Sequence record: SRR20825019_2054
DNA length: 43,543 nucleotides
Strand: one strand, 5' to 3'
Shown here piece after piece: positions 22,548 through 33,516 of the stretch; position 1 is the first letter of the stretch, and the number at the start of each line of letters is the position of its first letter. Position numbers and translations under genes: made by a program. A model generated the notes under the pieces. That model was not told where the DNA came from, did no database searches, and was given only the letters and a program-made list of their open reading frames with translations.

Positions 22548-25500
22548 TTATGATTGAAGTTTCTGCATCCACTTGAGCTTTCTTTTCCGTATTGTGTCGA
22601 ACTCATTCAGTGCAACCCAACCGAATGGGTCAACTGGTTGTGTCTTTTCCCTTTCTAGTGCACGATCTCGCCGAGAAATTGAAGAGGGAAGTCCCCTCGC
22701 GGTACTCTTTCCTGGTATTGAGAAGGAAGATGCTCGGTTGCTTCTCGGCGACGTGTACGTACTGGGGCGTCGTTTGTGACACAGCTGGGGTCCTCCATCA
22801 AGCACTCTCTTCTTGTTCCCTTCGACTGCTTGGACTACTTGCTCGAGGTTGAAGCTTCGAGTCTCTCGATTGTCAATGGACATGTTGAGGATGTCTTGTG
22901 TATCTTCCAAGGTGGATTCCTTTGTTTTCATGAAGAGAATAGCCTCAGTACGCCGCTGTTGCATTCCTTTCAACATCCCTTCCAGTTCTTTTGCCTTCCT
23001 GCTCTCTCGCATGTATGCAGACGGCGCCTTTACCACTCTCTGAGAACCTATGAGAATCTACCCGGTGCCCACGAATACAGAATAGAACATACCGCCTTAT
23101 CAAGGCTGTAGAAGTGCCTATCCTCGGGCTTAGAAGCCGGCAGTTTCTCCGAAAACACATCAGGCCAGCTCTTCTTCATCTGAGACGACAGCGGAGAAGG
23201 CGCGCTCTCGTTCACAAGCTTATGGAAGTGGTTAATCTCTGCGTACAACATCAGCCCTTCCTGAGAACGAATATATGGAAAGCGTCACCTACGTGCTTGA
23301 ACAACCCGTGGAGAAGAAAGAGCCGCATTTGATGTAACAGCGCGGCGTGGTAACTCATGGGAATAAGACGGCTCTTGATTAACTTGCCCAACCTGATCCC
23401 TGCTGTGTATCTTTCGCACTGTAACCGCCCTTTGATGATAATCATTTGCCTTTTGGGTTATAGGGGGAAGAGGAGAAGATACTGGCGCTATGTGCTTCAT
23501 TAGTACTAGCAATCAAGATGTTCACGCTAAAAACGACATACAGTGGAGATTCGTCCCTCTTCGTTGTCTCAAGACATTGGCATAGCTTTGGGCCGGAGGC
23601 ACGATGTCACGAGATACCACGGTCTTCTTAAATATACCGGGAGCATGGAACGGGCCAGGAGTCATGGTTCGCTCGATTTCACTTACATAAGCTGCTGGTT
23701 GTTGCGCAAGAGTGGATTGGAACAAGGCCGCATCGACCCCATCCATTAGCTTGCCTTCCGAAATGGTTTTCTCCCACAGTTTACCTGCAAAGAATCATTA
23801 TCGGGTCCATATATTAATAATCTAGGGTACATACCTGCTGTCTGCAAGTGTCTGTTATGAATATCTTCCATGGTGTGAATAGTGCTCTCTATTTCTTTCA
23901 TAAGAGTCACACTCATTTTTCCAACACGGTCTCTCATTTTCTGTTTGTATGCGCTGCTTGCAAACTTTTCAACTTGGTAGTCATTCATATGAAGGGCCAT
24001 TGACTCTGAACGACGTTGTAATGATCGAATTTCCTGCAAATTTTCCGCCAGAGGAGGAAACTTTGTGGCCTCGCCACTCAGCTTGCTCAAGTATTCCAAA
24101 TAAAGAATTGAATAAGGATCCGCGGGGACCACCGCATCCTCTGGAGGTTCGGGAATGCCCACTCCCCCCATGACATTTGCTGCCCGTGGGCTACCTGGGG
24201 ATGAATTCCATGGACTAGCAGGCTCACTAGAGAGACATTGAGTTAGCTTCAAGAATCAGTGGTAAGTACATACTTACAATGCTATCCTTGCCAACTGATG
24301 AAAGTCCACCTGTGGATCCGGCCCCTTAAGGGCTTCTTCTAAGTCCGAGACCCTCATTGTTCGCCGGTGTTCGGCATCTAAGATGAGTGCAGCTTGCCGT
24401 TCCAAGGGAACGTTAACTCCCTCCAGGTAAGCGGACTGCGACGGTAGTTCGCTGTACGTATAGGTCTGCGCTGCCATTCTTGCCTTGGAAAGGTCCGGGT
24501 CCAAACCCATTTTGCTAGCAAGCCCTCCGCCGCTCCTAGGGCTTCGGACACTCGACCCTTTCCCTCCTCCCCTCGACTCACGCGGACTCATCCCGGTGGA
24601 GATCGACCCTGGAGGTACGACATCCTTTGAACTCATGGGACGTGGCCCAGCCACATGCTGCTTCCACGTTGTTGCTTCCAGAACATCGCTATCCGGATGG
24701 AGAGTGGTTGGGGGCATCGGGGCGCCACTATCACCCGCTACCGTTGCTTGCCCTGGATTCCATGTGCTTCCACCAACATTACTGACATGGCTGCCCATGC
24801 TCGATGGATCCTTAGGATCATATCCACTAGGACCTACGCGACCACCCCCTTGCTGATGCAAATCCCTGCCAGCTGCTGCGCCACCTTCATGCGAAAGCGC
24901 ATTGTCACTACTAACATCTCCGCCTCCTCCAAAACCTGCTCCATCGTTTTCACCATGTCCCATCGACTGTTCTCCACGAATATTCACTCGTCCAATGGCA
25001 TCTCCAAGATCCATATCAACACCCCCTTTCAAATTGGATTTGCGCGGAGAAGTATTGTCTTGACCATACAATCGAATCAATTCTGCCGTGTAGTCAGCTC
25101 AAGCCCTGCAAAACCATATACATCAATCAATCTAGTACCTTGTTTGGCCTTCTTGACATATGCTTCTTCCCGAATTTTCCTCTTATCATCGTACCCATCT
25201 TCATTCCACACATCCTCATCCCATCCATCAATTCTCTCGCGTTCTATTCTTGAAAATTAGAAATGCCCATGGTTTGAAAGTCATTGCTTACCATCTTCGG
25301 GAAGATACATTCGCATAGCACGTTGCCGCGTCGCTGCTCGTGACAACTCATGCTTCACCTCCTCTGTCTGCTCGCCAGCAAAGAAAGACGCGTCAAATTG
25401 CTTAACTGGCCGCCCCTTTAGCACATCCTCAAAAAATGCAACGAAGACTTCGTCAAACTCTCCCTGCACCAGGTTGAAAGCCCACATAGGCTCATGGGCA

Positions 25501-25886
25501 AAGTACTTCAAGACATCGTCACGTCCCATGTTTCTGCCGCTAACTACAAATATGGTCAGGCACAACCAAAAACTTGTAAGCAAGAAATACATACGAGGCA
25601 ACCCTTCCTCCTCAAGAAAAGCTCGAAGTGCGTCGTCAGCATCATAGTTCTTGTTGGAGGCACCAAGTTGCCTATACACAGAACTTATTAATTCAGATGC
25701 TACTTTGTCGTTAGAGTCTGGCTCCATGGCTGTGAACAGCGACCCCATCAGCTTAACAGCGCGTTTCATTCTCTTCCTATGTTCTCGCGTGTAAACCCTA
25801 TCTATTTCCTCTTTTTCATTTGTCGATAATTGCCCAGTAGAGGCATCCGGGGTAGCAGAACCAGCCGCTCCCGGGTCACTAGCCAT
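22548..25886 (-). CDS. Multi-exon hypothetical protein (~900-1000 aa), largely low-complexity/coiled-coil
   Basis: ORF pieces at 25281-25895, 24274-25080, 23746-24252, 23522-23746, 23285-23512, 23048-23251 and 22548-23036 join in frame through GT-AG introns. No family was recognised. Confidence 0.7.
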
Positions 25887-26254
25887 GTTGAGCAAGTGAA
25901 CCTGCTTTATGTTTTAAATAACTGGAAAATACCTTCATATATCACCTTTAAACTAGAACTTAGCGTGAAGGAGGGTGACGTGTCCGGGCTTTTGATTTGA
26001 GGCCTCCAGATCTGTTGATTCTCAGCTGGTGAAACGTTACGGCACTGACTCTCGCAGCATTGTAGTAGTGACAGACAGCTGGTATGCTCCGGCTAAAGTA
26101 GTGCTTGTCGATAAGAACTAGTGTGGCGTTGAAGCCGCTGGCAGACGAGGTCATTGCCCAACAATGTCAAACTCTGAAAGTTGTTTGCCAAACTGACCAA
26201 TAGCACTTTGTCCACGAGTGACTGGCAATAGCACAACGGAACTGAGCAGTCAGT

Positions 26255-26830
26255 GGCGCCGGCCCCATACAATGGAGCGGCGTCCGGCCCGCTCGGGAGC
26301 GGAGGGGGGACGAGGCGGGTCTCGGTCGCCAGGCGCCTGGTCCGGCGTAGCGACGGCGCATGAGCTGGACGCCAGGCGAGTGAGCCCCAGCGTGGCCGGG
26401 CCGTGGCGGGCGGGCACTCCGACGGGTCACTCTGACGGCCAAACCGGGCCCGGCGCGGGTGACCCCCGTCCCGGCCGGCGTCATCAGTGGGCGCCCCGCC
26501 GGGCTGGGCTGGGTCGGGCCGCACCCGGCGTCCCACTCATCACTCACTGGCCCCCGGGCCGGCAGCCCGCACCAGTTGTGTGGCATGAGTTATCCTCACG
26601 ATCTCCCGCAATCTCCATTGAAAATATCCTATTTGTGACAGTTAGCATCTTTTAGTGTAACGGCTGGCCTAGGGCGTGCTGTTCCTTGCACTGATCATCC
26701 CTGACTAACAACAGCGCACGCCCGGTAGCCTAAGTCCGACCGGACCGCTCGGACGCGACCGGACCGCCAGCCGCGGCGGTCCTGTGCCGGGCGGTCCTGC
26801 GAGGTGGGCCGGCCGCGCCGGCCTGCCAAG
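26255..26830. promoter_or_regulatory. GC-rich island in the divergent orphan/EF-hand promoter
   Basis: GC blocks at 26255-26575 and 26715-26830. TCAGTG occurs at 26250 and 26484, and GCCAATC just downstream at 26835 and 26888. Confidence 0.65.
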
Positions 26831-26989
26831 CTGCGCCAATCTCCTGTATGCTACAATGTTACCTTCTCCATTCTCACTCGCGAGTGAGCCAATCATCGTT
26901 CTACGATGACAACGCCGAACTTGATAAGAATCAAGTGTCCTCAGGAGTATAGGTGTGAACTCAGCGAGACGTCGGGGCAGCAGGTGACG

Positions 26990-29830
26990 ATGTCGGAAAT
27001 CCCGACAAACTTGCAAATAGCTCCGCCAAGAACACCTTCAATGCACTCAGCAAGACCACCTCCATCGCGTGGCCATGCGATTGATAAATTTCTGGACAAG
27101 TCTCACTTGGCACTAGATCTCAAGTCTTTGCACAGCGGGAATAGTGGAGTTCGCGTAACTCCATCAATGGCTCAGCATCGCGCAAGCGATAGGCGGCCAA
27201 CTACCCAGGGCAGTAACAAACCAAGGTCATCGATACATAGCAGCCAACGGGGTCATCATACACCAGCAAAGGCTGCACAGGAGGCAATGAAGCCATCGGA
27301 GACTGCTGGTCAAGAAAGGAGGCCACGGACCAGTGGGGAGGTCACGCAGAAGGCAGATCCCTTCCAGGTCTTTTTCCGTCCAGCAATAGACAAAAGTGGT
27401 GCCGTTACTCAAGACCTGCTTGGTAGAATTCAGGTAAAATTCCAGAAAGCTGTTTCTCAAGACAAGTTCGCTATCCAAAAAGCCTTTGCTTTCTTCGATC
27501 GTGACGGCAGTGGCTCTATCGGATTCGACGAGTTCAAGAAAACGCTGCTGGACAATAATGTGTGGGTAACCGACCGGGAAGTTGCAGCACTCATCAAGAG
27601 ATATGATACAAACAATGACGGGCGGATTTCGTATTATGAGTTTTTGGATGCTGTGGCCCCATACGCTGTTGCTGCCCCGCCTAGCAAAGAGAAAAGTAAG
27701 TATTTCCGAATGATACTCTATCCCAATATGAACACATATCTAACTGCTGCCGTCAGTGAGGGAGTATGAGGTAAAGAAGGAGGAAGCTAGGTTAGAGAAG
27801 AATGTTAGATGGGCAATCCATGTTGCCAGAGACAAGATTCAGCAAAGGGTAAGAGGAGATGCCTTTGAGGTCAGGAACCAGTTCCGTGTACTTGACAAGG
27901 ATGGAATCGGTGCAATATCTGTCAAAGATTTTAGGATGGCACTCAAGAACTTCAACCTAGGACTCTCGGAACGGGAATTGGATACACTCGTGAAGAAGTT
28001 CGACTATGATGGCGATGGATTCATCACTTATCATGAGTTTATCAAATTTATCCTCCCTTCAGACCACGATGCCAAGGCCATTGTTGGGGAAGATGGAGTT
28101 CCATTGGTGCCACCTACCCCTGAGCTTCACAAAGCGGCAAGAAATCGGACACTTATAAAGATGAGAGGACTACTAGAGAAGAAAGGTAAGGTCGCGCAAT
28201 CACTTTCTCTTGGCAAAGTTTTGACTAGTAAGACTTCAGTCCTTGGAAGGATTAAGGGACGTGCAAATGACATTGCCAAGGCATTCGAGTTTTTTGATCG
28301 GGATGGAAACGGCAAGGTGGATGAAGGAGAGTTCAAGCATGTCCTGGACATGTTTAGCATTCATTTGGATCATAGAGATTTTCAGTTGCTTATGAAGTAC
28401 TTTGATACTGACGGGGATAACATGATATCGTACAGTGAATTCATGGAGGGACTTAGCAACAAGAAATTGGAAAGTTTGCAGGACGGAATTACTCAGGAAA
28501 AGCTCGAGCAACTGGAGAACGCTGATAAGGAGGAGGTACAGGCCATGATTAACGGACAACCGGTGCCCCCCCAAGTGAAGAAAACGCTGGACATCCTCCA
28601 GGAGAAGTTTACCACGCAGTTTCAAGAAGTTGGGCCACAGTCACTGCTGAAGGCGTTCCGCCACTATGACAAGAATTCAGATGGTGTCATCACTGCGGAT
28701 GAGTTCTCCCGCATCATGTTGGACAACAATATTCCTATCACTCGCAGTCAAATGCAGCGTGTTATGAGAGTATTTGACAAAAACAAGGACGGGCACATAG
28801 ACTACAGAGAATTTGTGCGAGGGCTGCTTCCACCACAGGCTGATTTTGAGCACGCAAAGGTGCCGACAGATGGGCCTCCGTCCACGGCTCATTCGCACAT
28901 CTCAAATATTCCGGATACGAAGGCTCTACAATATGTTGACGAATCCTTCAAATGTTTCCATGTGCGGCCACCAAAACTATATGAGGCTACTGTTCCTGAG
29001 GAAGCTCTGCGTGATGAACTGGACCCTGAGATTTTGATGATGCCAGCCAAGCGACGAATGCTACAGGAAATGCAGATTAAGGAAACTGTCGCCCATCGTT
29101 TGCTCCGAAAGGATCGAAACGACCAGGCGCGGCTATACACTCTGATGCAGAAGAGGTACCCTAATGGTGTTCTTGGTGTTGACTCTCCTGCTATGGAAGG
29201 AACTCAGGTTTATGCTGAACAACGGGAGAAAATGTACAAGGACTCCGTGAAGTGGTACAATAAGTTTGTAGCGCGCCAAGAAAACCTGGTGAAACGGAAC
29301 AATGCCGGAGTTGGGTATGACTTCTTGCATTGGCCCGAAACTCGTGAGGGCCAGGCACAATACAATGCAGCTCTTGATAAGAACAAGCCAGGGGAAAGGC
29401 AACAGTACTCTGGGACCTTTGGGCATCCTGGTGGGCGGCTGTTTGATAGCACTGAAAGGAATTATAAGGTCATGCAGGGCAAGAAGCAGTGTGAAAAAAA
29501 TTCGTGGGACTCATTCAGGTTCGAGACCAATATATCGGAGAATCCTCTTAACTTCAGGAGAATGGTTAATCTGCGCAACCACAGTGAGTATTCTCCGAAT
29601 GAAAGCGGACGCTGCTTAAAACTGATTTGTGTCGCGTAGATTCTAATGGACGGGGTTACAATATCGTTACAGGTCATTTGACCGAGCACTGCCCACCGAC
29701 GCAAGCACCCAAGGTGAATAGTCGACTGGAACACCCTTCCATGAATATTGGAACCGCAAGCACATCAGGGTATCTTGCACCACAGCATCACGATTGCCAC
29801 AAGAACACAAATCCAAGAGATTATTACTAA
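26990..29830 (+). CDS. Multi-EF-hand calcium-binding protein (8 EF-hands in 4 pairs; EFCAB6-like architecture) with an uncharacterised C-terminal region
   Basis: EF loops: DRDGSGSIGFDE, DTNNDGRISYYE, DKDGIGAISVKD, DYDGDGFITYHE, DRDGNGKVDEGE, DTDGDNMISYSE, DKNSDGVITADE and DKNKDGHIDYRE. Start is ATG 26990 or 26906. The last intron (~29584-29639) leads to TAA ending at 29830. Confidence 0.85.
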
Positions 29831-29864
29831 ATCACGGGTTGAGTTCACTAGAGCAATGCTTAAT

Positions 29865-32642
29865 TTATTCCTCGTGATAAAAGTTGGGCTTCAATGCAAC
29901 ATGAAGGGTTGGGAAGGGGCTAGAACCCGCATCCTCAAACCCAGGCTGCGAATTATCCGTGAGGGGCTGTGAGTTGTATACAGCGTCCTCTTCAGTTAGA
30001 GCTCCCGTCGCCGATGCAGTAGGAATCAACCCATTGCCCTGGAACCCTGGCTTGGCCCTAAATGACGACGCACCGTGCGCTATAACAAGCCCCGCGTGCC
30101 GCATTTGTTGTCGGGCTTGAGCCTTTGAGTGATTCACCACAAACACTTCGCTTCCATGATCATGCTTGAACTTTTCCTTTGCTTCCTTTTCTTGCTCGGT
30201 CTTCTCCGAAAAATACTTATGAATAACATCAGTGGAGTCTGATGGCCCCATATCCCCCATAATCTTTTCCACATTGTTCATGTCCGCAATGGACATCGAA
30301 TGATGATTGGCGTTTTTGTCATCATTACCACTCTTGTGACTCTTACGAACCTTATGATTCCTGTGATGCCCGTGACGGCTCTTATGCCCGTGCTTATGTT
30401 TGAGTTTTTTGTTGATATGCTCTTCAAGCTCCATCAACTTCTTCTTGGGCATCTTGGCACCCAGCACAGTCACCTCTACGTCACTATCACTACTATCACC
30501 CTTTTCTCCCTTGTTGCTGCTGCTACGACGAATATGCGACTTCTCTTTTGCAGACGTTGCACGTTCATCTAACTCGGCGGCAAAGTCAGCATCTCGGATC
30601 ACCTTGGGGTGCTGACTTAAGTGTTCAGTAACCAGCTTTTCCGACCCATCGCCATTTTTCTTCACTTCCCACGTGGTAGCCCTCATGACCTTGAACTCCT
30701 GGTGTTTTCTTTCCCTTTGTTTTGCAGCTTTCGCCTTGGCCCCAAGCTTCGCCTTCAGAGCCTTTTCGGTGGCTTCTACAGCAGGAGAGGTGCTCTCAAG
30801 CATTTCAGGAGCGCGGGGAACCTTGACCTTCTGGTTCACAACAGTACCATCTGAATCGGTTTGCAGAATCGTGGCCATTGCGTTCAATGGTTCGTTTTCA
30901 TCGCTGTCATCAAGATTATTCACATCAGCGTCAGTCATCCAAGGAGCATCGTCACTATCGTCGCTGGAGTCGCCATGGTCGTCAGCACTGTTTTCATCGC
31001 CGTCCTCGGGCATTGACGAATCGTCGTCTGAGCCAGCCTCTGAGTCATCATCACCATCTTCGGATTCCTCCAACTCCAAGAAAGACGACATGGCGGTATC
31101 ATGTTGAGGAAGATGACCATACATGGATTCCGGGGGGAGGACAAATTCCTCTTCCTTCTCAGAAAGCAGTCCCATTAAATCAGGGACTTCGCGCGCTTCC
31201 TCGGACATACCATCAGCATGAAGAAGGTGCGCGGTTGACGCAGCCTTCACAAAGTGAGGCCTAGAGTGGGCTTCCTCTTGAGTCAACTTGGGTTTCACAG
31301 CGTTGTTCCAAGCCTCGTCACCAGGAGGGTGGTACCACTCTTCATCTCTATCTCCGTTGATGGGAGTTGGAGCCGCTGCCTGAACGCGAGCACCTCGAAG
31401 ATAATCAGGAGAGCCAGAGACCGTTTTAAGGTTCATATGAGGCATATTCAGGTCAGGCAATACATTCTCACCATCAGAGCCATTAGTCGAGCCATCATCG
31501 TCATCAGCCTCTGATACTGGGTAACTCGGTCTCGTGTCGTCATCTTCATTGCGCTCCATTTCCGGCACAGTTACTCCGCTCACGGAAGAATAGAAGTCTC
31601 CGCCATCATCATCACTCGCGGCCACCTTCACGTCCGTTGAGCTGGCGCCCCCATTTGTGGGGGAAGGAGGGCTCTTCTGTAGAGGTTTCGGTCTCTCGCT
31701 CTTTGCTCTGACCTTATCCTCTCCATATTCTTTATCTACTTGAGCAAATGGTCTGTAGTTGGGATCATCCCACTTAGCATCCTCATTCCCACCCAATTCT
31801 TCTTCAAGGGATGCTTCATCGTCTCCATCGCCCCCATCCTCGCCAGCTGGTAGAGTTGCCTCTTGCTGATTGGTGGCAGTCTGCGCCCCCGGGGTTATTG
31901 CGTTGTAAAGAAGATCATTGTCAGACTTTGAAACACCAAACCATTTTCCTTTTGGCGTTGATGCTGCAAGGTGGTCTCCGCCTGCGGCACTTCTTTCCGC
32001 GCTTTCCCGCAGCTTTGCAGCTTTCAGAGCCTTAGCTTTCTCGGTGGCTGCCTTAACCTGGGCCTCTTTCTTGTCGCCCTTGCGCATTTCCACTGCGTGC
32101 TCGTACATTTCCCATTGCTTCTCGTCGTTACCATCATCTCCGCCACCAGTCATGCCATCATCGTTATCGTCATCTGAGTCCGCCTCAGAGGGCTCCACCA
32201 TGCGAATCTGGCTATCGCTGGGATTGAAGTCTTTAAGTGAGTCTGCGTCTGCGAAAATGTCTGCGTCCTCGATGCCATCGCCGTGTCCAGTACCATCGTC
32301 GCCGGCTTGCTGGTCACCATGGAGAATGGCAGTTTCTTTCTCCACATCACTTGAACTCTCGGTTAGATCAGACCCCACTTGGTCTATGATGTGATCCACG
32401 TCCACTTTGTCATACGCATCGGAGTCGTCTATTTGTTCGTCAGTCTTTTCTTTGCCGCTGGTGTCATCCATGGAGTTCATGAGGTCAGATGTTGCTTTGT
32501 CAAACGCATCTCCAAGATCCACGACCTTGGCAGCGCTGACTCCCTTTCCCTCTTCTGCACAATGGACACTGCAACTACTCACAACGACCACCATGACCAC
32601 AGCGAGCCCCCAACACCGTGGACCTGGACTCCAGGGTCGCAT
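29865..32642 (-). CDS. Intronless secreted acidic low-complexity protein (925 aa)
   Basis: Single uninterrupted ORF with a signal-peptide-like N-terminus (WGLAVVMVVVVSSCSVHCA), D/E/S-rich tracts, a His/Lys-rich tract and an SFLE motif. Confidence 0.8.
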   Translation of the reverse strand: MRPWSPGPRCWGLAVVMVVVVSSCSVHCAEEGKGVSAAKVVDLGDAFDKATSDLMNSMDDTSGKEKTDEQIDDSDAYDKVDVDHIIDQVGSDLTESSSDVEKETAILHGDQQAGDDGTGHGDGIEDADIFADADSLKDFNPSDSQIRMVEPSEADSDDDNDDGMTGGGDDGNDEKQWEMYEHAVEMRKGDKKEAQVKAATEKAKALKAAKLRESAERSAAGGDHLAASTPKGKWFGVSKSDNDLLYNAITPGAQTATNQQEATLPAGEDGGDGDDEASLEEELGGNEDAKWDDPNYRPFAQVDKEYGEDKVRAKSERPKPLQKSPPSPTNGGASSTDVKVAASDDDGGDFYSSVSGVTVPEMERNEDDDTRPSYPVSEADDDDGSTNGSDGENVLPDLNMPHMNLKTVSGSPDYLRGARVQAAAPTPINGDRDEEWYHPPGDEAWNNAVKPKLTQEEAHSRPHFVKAASTAHLLHADGMSEEAREVPDLMGLLSEKEEEFVLPPESMYGHLPQHDTAMSSFLELEESEDGDDDSEAGSDDDSSMPEDGDENSADDHGDSSDDSDDAPWMTDADVNNLDDSDENEPLNAMATILQTDSDGTVVNQKVKVPRAPEMLESTSPAVEATEKALKAKLGAKAKAAKQRERKHQEFKVMRATTWEVKKNGDGSEKLVTEHLSQHPKVIRDADFAAELDERATSAKEKSHIRRSSSNKGEKGDSSDSDVEVTVLGAKMPKKKLMELEEHINKKLKHKHGHKSRHGHHRNHKVRKSHKSGNDDKNANHHSMSIADMNNVEKIMGDMGPSDSTDVIHKYFSEKTEQEKEAKEKFKHDHGSEVFVVNHSKAQARQQMRHAGLVIAHGASSFRAKPGFQGNGLIPTASATGALTEEDAVYNSQPLTDNSQPGFEDAGSSPFPTLHVALKPNFYHEE

Positions 32643-32744
32643 GGCGGCAAAACCAACTCAGACAGTTACTCTTGAACGTGTAGTAAGCCCATAGAAATAT
32701 GAAACCCGGGTGCCAGAGCCAGAGTCTTGCTTGCACAACACAGG

Positions 32745-33420
32745 ACGGTTCGGGTGGGGGGAAGAGTACAGTCCAGCCAGGCCATACCACCCAGGTTTTC
32801 GGCTTTTGCTGGGCCTAGCGAAAAGCTTTTGCTGTCCGTACCATTTGCCCGGCCCGGCCGTAAGTATCACCCTACTACGCAGCTACTATCCGATCAGTAT
32901 GCTGCTCATAAGGAGCCCCCGCCAGACCGGACATGGGGACCGTGCAGTGTGGCGAGTGGTGGGTGATGAGTGCCGGTGTGGTGCGCGTCGGCTTTTGCGG
33001 CGCCAGAAGTTGCGGGGGGAGGGCTCAAATTACGCATTCGTAACATCAGGGTAACCTGGTATATTGAATTGGTTTCTTTCCATAGTGTCATTAACATTGC
33101 ATAATGGAAATGATGGTTACTCTCAATTCACTGGGAGTGCGTGCAACGGTTACAATGGTCACGGGGAGTGCGCCCCGGCGATCGCCCCGCGAGGGCCCGT
33201 GGCAAGCCGGCCCGTGCCTGACGACCATGCGGCATCCACGCGGTGCTCAATCAGCCATGGTGCCTCGTCACACGCCCTAAAGTAGAGAATCCGTACTCAC
33301 ATTCTCTTGCCTTTCCAGGGCTGGGGCGGGAGCCGCCAGGTCATCATACCTACTCGACGGGCCCGATGGCGTCTATGCAGGTGCTATGGCCGTGCGGAAA
33401 GCGTGATGCCGGCAGGCCTT
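32745..33420. promoter_or_regulatory. Weaker, interrupted GC-rich island in the divergent secreted-protein/coiled-coil promoter
   Basis: GC-rich patches at 32745-33020, 33165-33245 and 33315-33420 flank an AT-richer core between ATGs 32642 (-) and 33517 (+). ATTGGC (reverse CCAAT) at 33481. Confidence 0.5.
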
Positions 33421-33516
33421 CCCCATGCTGCATGCGAGAACATGAATTGCGCTCCTACGACGTGGCTGCTACATGTCCAAATTGGCTAGCCGCATATAAG
33501 TGTGTTAAGGACAATT

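Noticed and set aside
1715-26830. GC islands as copies of a MITE or other mobile element
   Set aside because: No shared terminal inverted repeats, target-site duplications or alignable blocks were visible; only composition and short words are shared.
33110-33220. Possible C/D snoRNA (ATGATGG ... CTGA)
   Set aside because: Box C is imperfect, there is no terminal stem, and no rRNA-complementary guide was recognised.
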